DNA from: Bacilli bacterium
Lineage (GTDB): Bacteria > Bacillota_I > Bacilli_A > RFN20 > CAG-826
NCBI GenBank assembly: GCA_022641095.1
Contig: JALCDB010000005.1
Location: forward strand, 3,766 to 67,765
Direction of reading: 5' to 3'
Length of the DNA: 64,000 nucleotides
Numbering within the stretch: position 1 is the first letter of the stretch; every line of letters starts with the position of its first letter. Below, in pieces: positions 26,546 through 35,005 of the stretch. The notes beneath the pieces were generated by a model. That model made no database searches and had not been told where the DNA came from. It worked only from the letters and a program-made list of their open reading frames with translations. The translations under genes and the position numbers were made by a program.

Positions 26546-28924
26546 ATGAAAAATAAGAAGTTGATAATCGCCGCCCTCGCCGCCGCCTCCATGCTTATCG
26601 CAGGATGCGACAGCTCTAGCAGCGGCGCGATCTCCGGAGCCTCGAGCTCCTCCTCTTCGGGAAGCGTCGAAAGCAAACCGACCATGGCTTTCGCGGCCTC
26701 GTCTTTCGCTAACGCCGCCAAAATCACGAGCGCCGACTCCGGTTACTACTCCGCCGACGGGGTGAAGGTTACCGGCGTCGACTGCACGAACGTCTATGGC
26801 ACGGGCGAATCCTATATCAAAATCGGCATCAGAAGCACAGCCGGCGCCATTACTTTCACTCTTGACGGCAGCAAAGCCATCACGAGCGTCAAAATGAACG
26901 CCGCCATGGTCAACGATGGCACCCAAACCGTGACTTTCGCCGATTCGGCTAACCCCGATGGGGTCAGTGCGACCGTCACCGGCGTCGAATTTGCCGATTA
27001 TGCGTTCCCTTCGCTCAGCAACGCGACTGGCTCGGTCGTCGAGTTCACCGTTTCTGTTCCTAAAGCGGCTCCGATTTACCTCGCGAGCTTGACCTTTGGG
27101 CTTCAGGATGGCAAGGAAACCAAAGCCGATTCCATGAGCGTGGCAAGCGGCGACATCACCGGGTTGCCGATGGGCGAGACGAGCCAAATCGAAATGGCGA
27201 TTCTCCCAAGCGGGGTAACCTATCCCGACTGCGCCTACGCTTCCGCTGACGATAGTATCGCCAAAGTCGACGGCGACGGAATCGTCACCGGCGTCAAAAA
27301 AGGCAATACCGTCGTGACCGTCACCCTTCCGGGCGCCCATAGCGCTTCGGGCAACGACATCGTTTCGACCGTCAACGTCGAAGTCATCGATCCCATCGCA
27401 AGCCTGCTGACTTCAACCAAGGACGGCAGCACCTATGGCGATATCCCTTCGACCGATTACGCCGATGGGACCAATTACGCCGCCACGGCCACCTCGATCA
27501 ATCAGCATCAGCTTAGCGCCGCCCAGGAATTGTACGATCTTCCCAGCACCGGCACCAAAAACATCCTCGTTATCCCGGTTTGCTTTGCGGGCGACGAAGA
27601 GAACGCGGCCAACGAGGCCACGCGCGGCAACCTTTACAAGACCTTCTTCGGCGATCCCGAGGAGACCGGCTGGGAGTCCCTTGCTTCCTTCTACTACAAG
27701 AGTTCCTTCGGTCAGCTGCTCCTGAACGGCACCATTTCCGAGTGGTGGCAATGCGGCTACACCGCCCGCACCGTCGCCAATTGGACGAGCACCGAATACA
27801 AATCCTACGATCCGACCTGGCGGCTTCTTGAAGAAGCGGTCGCCTGGTACAAAACGCGCTACAGAACCACCTGCGCGGAATTCGACTTGGATCAAGACGG
27901 CGCCCTCGACGGAGTTTGGATGGTTTATAGCCAACCCTTCGACAGCACCGGCGCCAACAAATTGCTTTGGGCTTACACGTTCGAGGATTTGAGCGCTTCG
28001 GGCGAAGAGGTCGCCTTCAAGTACGCTTGGGCTTCCTACAAGTTCATGTACGAAGGATACGGGCCGAGCAAAGTCGACGCCCACACTTATATCCACGAGA
28101 CCGGCCACATGATGGGCCTTGATGACTACTATGCCTATAACACCGCCAGCAACTTCGATCCGATGGGCAAAATCGACATGATGGACAACAACATCATCGA
28201 CCACAACGCTTATAGTAAGTTCGCCTATGGCTGGACCAAGCCGTATGTCGTGAGCGGCGCTTGCGAAATCACCCTCAAGCCCGCCGAGACGAGCGGCCAG
28301 GCCATCCTTCTCCCTGACGAGAACGGTTGGAATGGCAGCGCCTTCGACGAGTATATCCTGATGGAGTTCTACACTCCGACGGGGCTTAACGAAAAAGACA
28401 GCCAGGCCGGTGGCTACCCAGGCAACGGCGTTAGGGGCTTCAGCGAGAACGGCGTTCGCATCTACCATATCGACGCCCGCATGATCTACAGCACCTACAA
28501 TGGTTCCGGATGGGGCGCTTGGGGCTACACGGACGAGATTAAGCACGTCCATGTCGACGAGTCGCCTTTCACGGGAACCCAGTACACCGTCTTGGCGCAT
28601 TCGAACAGTTCCGACCGCCAGATGATGACCGATGGGATCGAAAGCGATTTCCGCCTCATCCAAATGATGGATTGCACCCGGAAACGCGATTTCAACCTCG
28701 GCGTCACTTCAGCCGTCACGGCCGATAACAGTTCCCTCTTCCAAGACGGGGACAGCTTCAGTCTCAGCGATTACCATGATTCGTTCGCCCAGTACTACTA
28801 TAAGGCGAGCTCATCCGACCCCGCTCAGAAGAAAGAGCTTATGAACGATGGCAGCGCGCTTGGCTACACCGCGAGTTTCTCCGCCATGAGTTCCGATTCG
28901 ATCACCGTTACCATCTCGAAGTGA
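26546..28924 (+). CDS. Surface lipoprotein with Big_2 Ig-like domain and M6/InhA-like zinc metalloprotease domain (paralog 1)
   Basis: MKNKKLIIAALAAASMLIAGC lipobox and an AAGGAGA SD. Big_2-like segment ITGLPMGETSQIEMAILPSG...GIVTGVKKGNTVVTVTL. Active-site HETGHMMGLDDYY (HExxH). Confidence 0.7.
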   Translation: MKNKKLIIAALAAASMLIAGCDSSSSGAISGASSSSSSGSVESKPTMAFAASSFANAAKITSADSGYYSADGVKVTGVDCTNVYGTGESYIKIGIRSTAGAITFTLDGSKAITSVKMNAAMVNDGTQTVTFADSANPDGVSATVTGVEFADYAFPSLSNATGSVVEFTVSVPKAAPIYLASLTFGLQDGKETKADSMSVASGDITGLPMGETSQIEMAILPSGVTYPDCAYASADDSIAKVDGDGIVTGVKKGNTVVTVTLPGAHSASGNDIVSTVNVEVIDPIASLLTSTKDGSTYGDIPSTDYADGTNYAATATSINQHQLSAAQELYDLPSTGTKNILVIPVCFAGDEENAANEATRGNLYKTFFGDPEETGWESLASFYYKSSFGQLLLNGTISEWWQCGYTARTVANWTSTEYKSYDPTWRLLEEAVAWYKTRYRTTCAEFDLDQDGALDGVWMVYSQPFDSTGANKLLWAYTFEDLSASGEEVAFKYAWASYKFMYEGYGPSKVDAHTYIHETGHMMGLDDYYAYNTASNFDPMGKIDMMDNNIIDHNAYSKFAYGWTKPYVVSGACEITLKPAETSGQAILLPDENGWNGSAFDEYILMEFYTPTGLNEKDSQAGGYPGNGVRGFSENGVRIYHIDARMIYSTYNGSGWGAWGYTDEIKHVHVDESPFTGTQYTVLAHSNSSDRQMMTDGIESDFRLIQMMDCTRKRDFNLGVTSAVTADNSSLFQDGDSFSLSDYHDSFAQYYYKASSSDPAQKKELMNDGSALGYTASFSAMSSDSITVTISK

Positions 28925-28935
28925 CTTGTTCCTTC

Positions 28936-28971
28936 AAGGGGGCGCGAAAGCGCCTCCTTTTTTGTTTTTTT
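28936..28971 (+). terminator. Rho-independent terminator
   Basis: AAGGGGGCGC-gaaa-GCGCCTCCTT followed by a T-run. Confidence 0.85.
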
Positions 28972-29020
28972 CGGACATATTGATGATGCGCTAAATGGCT
29001 ATAAGGATTAAAATGTGCTC

Positions 29021-30601
29021 ATGAAAAAAAGCGTTTTGCGAATCTATCGTTATTTCGCTTTGCTGGCCAGTTCGTTTCTTGCGTTGATGTCTTTATGCCA
29101 ATGCTCGCTGTTCGGCGGTGATTTGCTTGCATCGAGCAAAGACGGCAGCGCTTATGGGGGCAACGCTCTCTCGCTCGACGCCGACGGGGTTAATTACGCG
29201 GCCACAGCCACTTCTTTCGACATCGCGACTTTAGGCGAAAACAACGACTCGATCGAACTTCCCGCCACGGGCACCCAAAACATCCTCGTCATTCCCGTCG
29301 AGTTCGATGACTATTCCCGTTTGGCGACCTCCTCAGTCCGTAACGACATCTACACCACGTTCTTTGGGGATCCTGACGAGACTGGCTGGGAATCCTTGGC
29401 CTCGTTTTACTACAAGAGCTCCTTTCGGCAGCTTTTGCTCCAAGGAAGCGTCTCCGATTGGTACGATTGCGGATATACGACCAGTCAATTCGCGAAACTG
29501 CCCCTTTCTTACACGGGCGAATACGCCGATCATTATGAGCCCACATGGACCTTGCTTGAGAACGCGGTCGCTTGGTATAAGAGGACTTATAGCACCAACT
29601 GCGCCTCGTTCGATAGCGATAATGACGGGATCATCGACGGGGTTTGGCTCGTCTATGGTTGCCCCTATCACACGCCTTACAATGGCATAAGCGAGGATTT
29701 TTGGGCTTACACTTATTATGACTACAGCCTCATTGGCAAAGCGCTTAGTTTAGGGGATCCGATGCCTTACCATTATTGCTGGGCTTCCTACAAGTTCATG
29801 TACGAGATGGAGAGTTCTTGGGGCGCGGGAAAACTCGATTGCCACACCTTCGTTCACGAAACGGGGCACCTTATGGGGCTCGACGACTATTACGTCGCGG
29901 GATCGGACGCCACCAACGCCGCCCCGATGGGCTTCATCGACATGATGGACGCCAACGTCATCGACCACGACGTTTACAGCAAGTTCAATTTCGGCTGGGT
30001 CAGGCCTTACGTCGTGAGCGGGGATTGTTCGATCGTCCTTAAGCCGAGCGCTTCGACGGGTCAGTGCGTTCTTCTCCCAACGGGGGATGGTTGGAACGGC
30101 TCCTTCGCCGACGAATATCTGCTCCTTGAATATTACACCCCTACGGGTCTCAATAGGCGGGACGCCGAAACGACATACGCCAATGGCTATACTGGTTTCC
30201 GCGAGAACGGCGTCCGCATTTACCACGTCGATTCGAGGATGATCGCGGTGACGGGGTTAGGCTCCGTCGACGGTTACGTCGACCGTTTTCCCTCTTCGGG
30301 ATATGCCCGATTGGCCCATAGCAACAGCAACGACCGCAATCAGATCAACAGCAATTACCGCCTTATTCAGGAACTTGACTGTACCAAGAAGCGGAATTTC
30401 GATGAATTCCAGGCAAATAACAAAGCCGCCGTGGCGGACGAAGGCACCCTGTTTCAAAGCGGGGACAGTTTCAGTTTCGCCTCCTATAAGGATTCCTTTC
30501 CGCGCCTTGGCGTGATGAACGATGGGTCGATAATGCCCTATCAGGTCGCCTTCAGCGACATGAGCGATGAGTCGATCACCCTTACGATAAGCCGGGCTTA
30601 A
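29021..30601 (+). CDS. Secreted M6/InhA-like zinc metalloprotease (paralog 2)
   Basis: Signal peptide MKKSVLRIYRYFALLASSFLALMSLCQC (non-canonical lipobox). NILVIPVEFDD N-terminal motif. HETGHLMGLDDYY. Confidence 0.7.
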   Translation: MKKSVLRIYRYFALLASSFLALMSLCQCSLFGGDLLASSKDGSAYGGNALSLDADGVNYAATATSFDIATLGENNDSIELPATGTQNILVIPVEFDDYSRLATSSVRNDIYTTFFGDPDETGWESLASFYYKSSFRQLLLQGSVSDWYDCGYTTSQFAKLPLSYTGEYADHYEPTWTLLENAVAWYKRTYSTNCASFDSDNDGIIDGVWLVYGCPYHTPYNGISEDFWAYTYYDYSLIGKALSLGDPMPYHYCWASYKFMYEMESSWGAGKLDCHTFVHETGHLMGLDDYYVAGSDATNAAPMGFIDMMDANVIDHDVYSKFNFGWVRPYVVSGDCSIVLKPSASTGQCVLLPTGDGWNGSFADEYLLLEYYTPTGLNRRDAETTYANGYTGFRENGVRIYHVDSRMIAVTGLGSVDGYVDRFPSSGYARLAHSNSNDRNQINSNYRLIQELDCTKKRNFDEFQANNKAAVADEGTLFQSGDSFSFASYKDSFPRLGVMNDGSIMPYQVAFSDMSDESITLTISRA

Positions 30602-30672
30602 GCCCCGAAAATTGGTTAGCGTCGTCAATGGGGAATTATGTCGCTTCCTTATCGCGTCCAAAGAGAGGTTTT

Positions 30673-32274
30673 ATGAAGAAAATCGGGCTTTTTGTTCTTG
30701 TTGGGCTATCCGCCATGGCCATTTCTTCGTGCCTTTTCTATCCTCCGACGTCCTCCAAATCGCCAATGAGCGCCTCTTCGGCCTCCTCTTCCTTCCCTTC
30801 TTCTTCGAGCGGGCCCGTCGCTTTGTCCTATGCGTCGTCGCCGAGCCTTTACGATTACGGAGACGTGAGCGTTTCCTCGGGCCCTTCGGGACTTCCTAGC
30901 CAAGGAGACGAAGAGGTTCTGGTTTTGCCAATCGCGATCAAAGGATACGAAAGCAACGCTACCGCAACGGCCAAAGCGGATATCGGGAAAGCCGTTTTCG
31001 GAGCCGCGGGCGACACCGGGTGGCAGTCGGTCGCGAGTTACTACGCGACTTCGAGCTATGGCAAACTCCATCTTGCGGGCGAGGTGGCCGATTTTTACGA
31101 ATGCGGGCTTACCGCCGAGGAAATAGTCGCCGCCAACGATGCTTATGAGTCCAAGGTCGCCTCCATTATCGCGGAAGCGGTGGATGCCTATAAGAAAAAT
31201 AACGATGACGCCGCCCGGTTTGACACGAACGGAGACGGGTATTTGGACGCCGTCATGGCCGTTTTCAGTTGCCCGAACGACGGCGATTCCGTGTGGAATG
31301 GCACCACGGTGGCCCGTTCGAGCGATCCCAATTCGACGTTTTGGGCTTTTACTTACGATGCCTACAAGAGCGACGGCTTCCCCTTGAAGGAGGCTTCCCT
31401 CTCCTCGCCTTCCTTAAGCCGATATTTCTGGGCTTCCTATGATTGCATGTACGACGGATACGGACCAAGCAAAGTCGACTCCCACATTTATATTCACGAG
31501 ACGGGTCACCTTATGGGGCTCGACGACTATTACGACTATGGCTCTTTGGGCAAGTTCTCCTCTCCGATGGGTTCCGTTGACATGATGGACGCCAACGTCA
31601 TCGACCACGACGCTTACAGCAAGTTCGCGCTGGGGTGGGTTGAGCCTTACGTCGTGAGCGGCAACGCGGGGAGCGTGGAGATCGAATTGCCTCCAAGCGC
31701 CACTAGCGGCGGCCCCAATTGCGTTTTGCTTCCTACGACCGCGGGGTGGAACGGCAGCGCTTTCGACGAGTATATGCTGCTTGAGTACTATACCCCTACG
31801 GGCCTCAATGAATCCGACAGCGGCATCGCCGGCTATCGTGGCAACGGGGTCCGGGGCTTCAGCGAGAGCGGCGTCAGGATTTACCACGTGGACGCGCGTC
31901 TTCTTACCAAGGTCTATCGTGGCGGCGCTTGGCGCGTCGGGTACCTCACCGACAAGATCGTGGCTGGCGACAATTTGGCGACAATCGTCGGCACCTCGAA
32001 CACCCGTTCTTCCTCCTACATCGACCCCTCATTCAAGCTTATCTCCGAAATCGATCATGGCGGCCGTTCCTTCATAAATGAGGTCACGACGCGGAAGGAT
32101 TTGCCGAGGGCGAACAACAGCACTCTCTTTCAAGACGGCGACATGTTCGATTTTTCCTCCTTCAAGAGCCAGTTTCCTAAGGGGACGATGGACGATGGGT
32201 CCTCTTTCATCTATCGCGTAGCGGTCTCCGATTGCGCCGATTCGGGCGTCAGATTGACCGTTTCGGTCGCCTAG
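30673..32274 (+). CDS. M6/InhA-like zinc metalloprotease lipoprotein (paralog 3)
   Basis: MKKIGLFVLVGLSAMAISSC lipobox. VLVLPIAIKGYE motif. HETGHLMGLDDYY. Confidence 0.7.
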   Translation: MKKIGLFVLVGLSAMAISSCLFYPPTSSKSPMSASSASSSFPSSSSGPVALSYASSPSLYDYGDVSVSSGPSGLPSQGDEEVLVLPIAIKGYESNATATAKADIGKAVFGAAGDTGWQSVASYYATSSYGKLHLAGEVADFYECGLTAEEIVAANDAYESKVASIIAEAVDAYKKNNDDAARFDTNGDGYLDAVMAVFSCPNDGDSVWNGTTVARSSDPNSTFWAFTYDAYKSDGFPLKEASLSSPSLSRYFWASYDCMYDGYGPSKVDSHIYIHETGHLMGLDDYYDYGSLGKFSSPMGSVDMMDANVIDHDAYSKFALGWVEPYVVSGNAGSVEIELPPSATSGGPNCVLLPTTAGWNGSAFDEYMLLEYYTPTGLNESDSGIAGYRGNGVRGFSESGVRIYHVDARLLTKVYRGGAWRVGYLTDKIVAGDNLATIVGTSNTRSSSYIDPSFKLISEIDHGGRSFINEVTTRKDLPRANNSTLFQDGDMFDFSSFKSQFPKGTMDDGSSFIYRVAVSDCADSGVRLTVSVA

Positions 32275-32456
32275 CGGAGCGGCTTAATTTTTAGGAGGGC
32301 GATGGCAAGAACGCTTTCTTTGATGTTTTCCGTTGCCAAACGATTCCCATGAAGCCATCGTCTAGGGCGGATCGCGGCTACGGCGGCCGTTCCTTCTAGA
32401 GGTCGTTTGGACGCTCAAGAGGCCGTTTTCATGAAGCCCGTTCGCCACATCCTTCC

Positions 32457-32486
32457 TTGCAGTGGGGAATATTACCTAGTAATATT
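32457..32486 (+). promoter_or_regulatory. Promoter with embedded 19-bp palindrome
   Basis: TTGCAG (32457-32462), 17-nt spacer, TAATAT (32480-32485). AATATTAC-cta-GTAATATT (32468-32486) covers the spacer and the -10 box. Confidence 0.5.
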
Positions 32487-32517
32487 GTTTCGTTTCCACT
32501 TCTTGGAGAAAGACACT

Positions 32518-33009
32518 ATGAAAAAAAGCACTTCTATCTTCGGCATCTTGGTTCTCTTGGCCGCCGTCCTTTGCCTCGGGGCCCTCTTGCTTCCTTTGGG
32601 GGCCGGATTCGTGAGAACGGTTGACGGGGGCGGATCGGCTTATACCGAGACTTTCCGCGCCTATGACTTCGTCTTCGGCAACAAAACCCAAGACCTGACG
32701 GTCAACGGATACGGCGCTTTCATCGCCGCCTTCGTCATGCTTGTCGTCGCAGCCGCCTTTATCGTCTTGGCCCTTCTCATGGGCTTTGGCTCAAGCACTA
32801 AGTTCGGCGGCTTCCTCGCCTTCGTCGCGGGGTTGCTCGCCATTGCTTCCGGCGTCCTTTACGTTCTTGCCAAGCCGATCGTCGCCGCGAATGCGACGAA
32901 CTATCCGAATCTCGTTTTGTCTTGGGGCTTTATCGGGGCCGGCGTCGCCGCGGTTGCCTGCGGACTCGCTTCCTGCGTCGGCGGCGTTCTCGCCTTTAAG
33001 GCCAAATAA
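32518..33009 (+). CDS. Hypothetical 4-TM membrane protein
   Basis: Start MKKSTSIFGILVLL with GGAGAAAG upstream. 163 aa, Gly/Ala-rich helices. Confidence 0.6.
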   Translation: MKKSTSIFGILVLLAAVLCLGALLLPLGAGFVRTVDGGGSAYTETFRAYDFVFGNKTQDLTVNGYGAFIAAFVMLVVAAAFIVLALLMGFGSSTKFGGFLAFVAGLLAIASGVLYVLAKPIVAANATNYPNLVLSWGFIGAGVAAVACGLASCVGGVLAFKAK

Positions 33010-33024
33010 GCCCGTTTGACGACC

Positions 33025-33049
33025 GCCCCTCTTCGCGAGGGGCTTTTTT
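33025..33049 (+). terminator. Rho-independent terminator
   Basis: GCCCCTC-ttcgc-GAGGGGC followed by TTTTTT. Confidence 0.85.
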
Positions 33050-33073
33050 ATGGCCTCACGTTATAATACGGAT

Positions 33074-33538
33074 ATGGATAAAACGAACGCGATACGCTTG
33101 CTTGAGCAAGCCGGCATCCCCTATTTGGAACATTCCTACGATCCGGAGGCGGTCGACGGGGAGAGCGTCGCCCTGATTCTGGGCGAGGAGCCCGACAGGG
33201 TTTTCAAGACCCTCATCGCCCGAAGCGGGAAAGGGCAATTATTCGCCTTTGAGGTACCCGTTGACGCCGAACTCGATCTCAAGAAGGCCGCCAAAGCCGT
33301 CGGAGCCAAATCGATCGCGATGATCCATCAGAAGGAACTGCTTCCTTTGACGGGTTACGTGCATGGGGGCTGCAGCCCCATCGGGCTTAAAAAGCCTTAC
33401 CCGGTCTACCTCGATGCGACGGCTGAGCTTTGGGACTCCATCTTCGTGAGCGCCGGCCGTCGGGGCCGCCAAATCGAAATCAAACCCGCGGATCTCGCGC
33501 GTTACTGCAAGGCCACGTTCGCCGATTTGACGGACTAG
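33074..33538 (+). CDS. ybaK: Cys-tRNA(Pro)/Cys-tRNA(Cys) deacylase YbaK
   Basis: MDKTNAIRLLEQAGIPY...GGCSPIG is YbaK/EbsC-like. I prefer ATG 33074 (TATAAT at 33062-33067, 6 nt upstream, no SD) over ATG 33050, which abuts the terminator. Confidence 0.8.
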   Translation: MDKTNAIRLLEQAGIPYLEHSYDPEAVDGESVALILGEEPDRVFKTLIARSGKGQLFAFEVPVDAELDLKKAAKAVGAKSIAMIHQKELLPLTGYVHGGCSPIGLKKPYPVYLDATAELWDSIFVSAGRRGRQIEIKPADLARYCKATFADLTD

Positions 33539-33981
33539 CCTTCAAAGAGGTGGGCGACGGCCATCAGGATGGTCAGGTCGCCTTTGAGGCCGTCAAGTTC
33601 GGGGCTGTCGACGTCGAGAACGCCGATGACGTCGTCTCCCGCGAAAAGGGGGAAGCAGGCTTCGCTCTTGACGCAGGCGTCGCAGGATACGTAACCGGGG
33701 AATTCGTTCACGTCGTCAACGTAGAGGGGCTTCTTGGCGGCATAGCAGGTTCCGACGACCCCTTTTCCGGGTCGAATCGAGACGCAGGCCGGCGAGCCTT
33801 GGAACGGTCCGAGATTCAATTTGTTGGTTTTCTCTTCGTAAACATAAAGCCCGACCCAACTTTTGGGGCCCAGGGCTTCGCGGAGCAACGCCAAGGCATT
33901 GAGCATTCGCGCGAGCGGGGATCCTTCCCCGGCCATCGCGGCTTTGATTGAGGCGAGCGTGCCGCTATCCATAGCCATCAT
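33535..33981 (-). CDS. GAF domain protein (free methionine-(R)-sulfoxide reductase-like)
   Basis: 148 aa. GSPACVSIRPGKGVVGTC...VIGVLDVDS pattern typical of YebR/fRMsr-type GAF proteins. Confidence 0.75.
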   Translation of the reverse strand: MMAMDSGTLASIKAAMAGEGSPLARMLNALALLREALGPKSWVGLYVYEEKTNKLNLGPFQGSPACVSIRPGKGVVGTCYAAKKPLYVDDVNEFPGYVSCDACVKSEACFPLFAGDDVIGVLDVDSPELDGLKGDLTILMAVAHLFEG

Positions 33982-34029
33982 TCTATACGATTGCCGGTCC
34001 GTTTTCCTTTTCCTTTCCTATATTAGGGC

Positions 34030-34383
34030 GTGAATCTTATCTATGAGGCAGGCCTAAGCGAGCTGATTTCTTTTTTAACCGCCCTTCTCAACGAGGCTTT
34101 CCGCCCCTATGGGCGGGTTTTCCGCGGCAGATGGCGAGCCGATTCGATCGAGAAGGAGGCGAAGCGGGCTTTTGAGTCCGCCATGAAAAGGCCACCGCTG
34201 TGCCCTTACGAGGGTAGGCGGCTCTCTTCCTTCATCGATAACGAGGTTAGAAAATACCTTCTAACCCATACCCACGGTTTTATTTATGGCCCTGATTTGG
34301 CGTCTTATGGAAAGGAAATCGGGGAAAAACTCGAAGAAATAGTGGTTAAGACAACCACTAACATAGAAAACGCCAACTTTTAG
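34030..34383 (+). CDS. Hypothetical protein (GTG start)
   Basis: 117-aa ORF with protein-like composition and no recognised domain. No SD. TATATT sits 5 nt upstream of the GTG. The stop lies inside the first hsp20 CIRCE. Confidence 0.35.
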   Translation: MNLIYEAGLSELISFLTALLNEAFRPYGRVFRGRWRADSIEKEAKRAFESAMKRPPLCPYEGRRLSSFIDNEVRKYLLTHTHGFIYGPDLASYGKEIGEKLEEIVVKTTTNIENANF

Positions 34384-34406
34384 CACTCATGACTTGACAG
34401 TGCTAA
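34380..34406. promoter_or_regulatory. CIRCE operator copy 1 upstream of hsp20
   Basis: TTAGCACTC-atgacttga-CAGTGCTAA (one mismatch in the right arm). Confidence 0.85.
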
Positions 34407-34421
34407 ATGAGAAGCTATCAT
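34394..34421 (+). promoter_or_regulatory. hsp20 promoter
   Basis: TTGACA (34394-34399, inside CIRCE 1), 16-nt spacer, TATCAT (34416-34421). Confidence 0.6.
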
Positions 34422-34425
34422 ATAG

Positions 34426-34452
34426 TTAGCACTTGGAACTATAGAGTGCTAA
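34426..34452. promoter_or_regulatory. CIRCE operator copy 2 upstream of hsp20
   Basis: TTAGCACTT-ggaactata-GAGTGCTAA (one mismatch in the left arm). Lies between the -10 box and the SD. Confidence 0.85.
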
Positions 34453-34471
34453 ACACAGGAGGTACAAGACT

Positions 34472-34900
34472 ATGAATAACGACATTGCCGAAAGAGGGAA
34501 CTTCTTCTTGGATTTATTCCCGGAGGGATTCATGGGACCCGCTATTTACGACCACTACGCGAAAGGGCTGGAAATGAAGACCGACATCACCGATGACGGG
34601 AAGAACTACGTCATGGAAGTCGAGCTTCCGGGCATTGACAAGAAAGACATCAACGTCACCTTGAAGGACGAGTATCTGACCATCAAAGCCAACGTCAACG
34701 CCAGCAAGAGCGAGAAGGGCGAGAAAGGATCCTTCATCCATCGCGAACGCTATAGCGGCACGGCGACGCGCAGTTACTACGTCGGCGAGGTTGACACGAA
34801 GAGCGTGAAAGCCGCCTACGCCAACGGCGTTCTGACGCTTACCATCCCGAAGGAAGCCGAGAAGAAAGCCGAAAACGCCCATCTCATCGCCATCGAGTAA
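34472..34900 (+). CDS. Hsp20/alpha-crystallin family small heat shock protein
   Basis: 142 aa. DITDDGKNYVMEVELPGIDKKDINV...NGVLTLTIPK core. AGGAGG sits 9 nt upstream. Confidence 0.9.
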   Translation: MNNDIAERGNFFLDLFPEGFMGPAIYDHYAKGLEMKTDITDDGKNYVMEVELPGIDKKDINVTLKDEYLTIKANVNASKSEKGEKGSFIHRERYSGTATRSYYVGEVDTKSVKAAYANGVLTLTIPKEAEKKAENAHLIAIE

Positions 34901-34915
34901 CGGCCTTGGGCTAAG

Positions 34916-34944
34916 GGAGGACGCGGAAAACGCCCTCCTTTTTT
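34916..34944 (+). terminator. Rho-independent terminator of hsp20
   Basis: GGAGGACG-cggaaaa-CGCCCTCC (one mismatch) followed by TTTTTT. Confidence 0.7.
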
Positions 34945-35005
34945 GCGCTTATGGGTGTCAGAACGTTTTGCGAGCCCTTATAATCAGCACGAGGGGGATG
35001 AATCC

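Noticed and set aside
32302-32352. 16-aa ORF (MARTLSLMFSVAKRFP) after an AGGAGG in the gap downstream of M6 paralog 3.
   Set aside because: The SD-to-ATG spacing is only ~3 nt. The ORF is very short and there is no supporting promoter or terminator.
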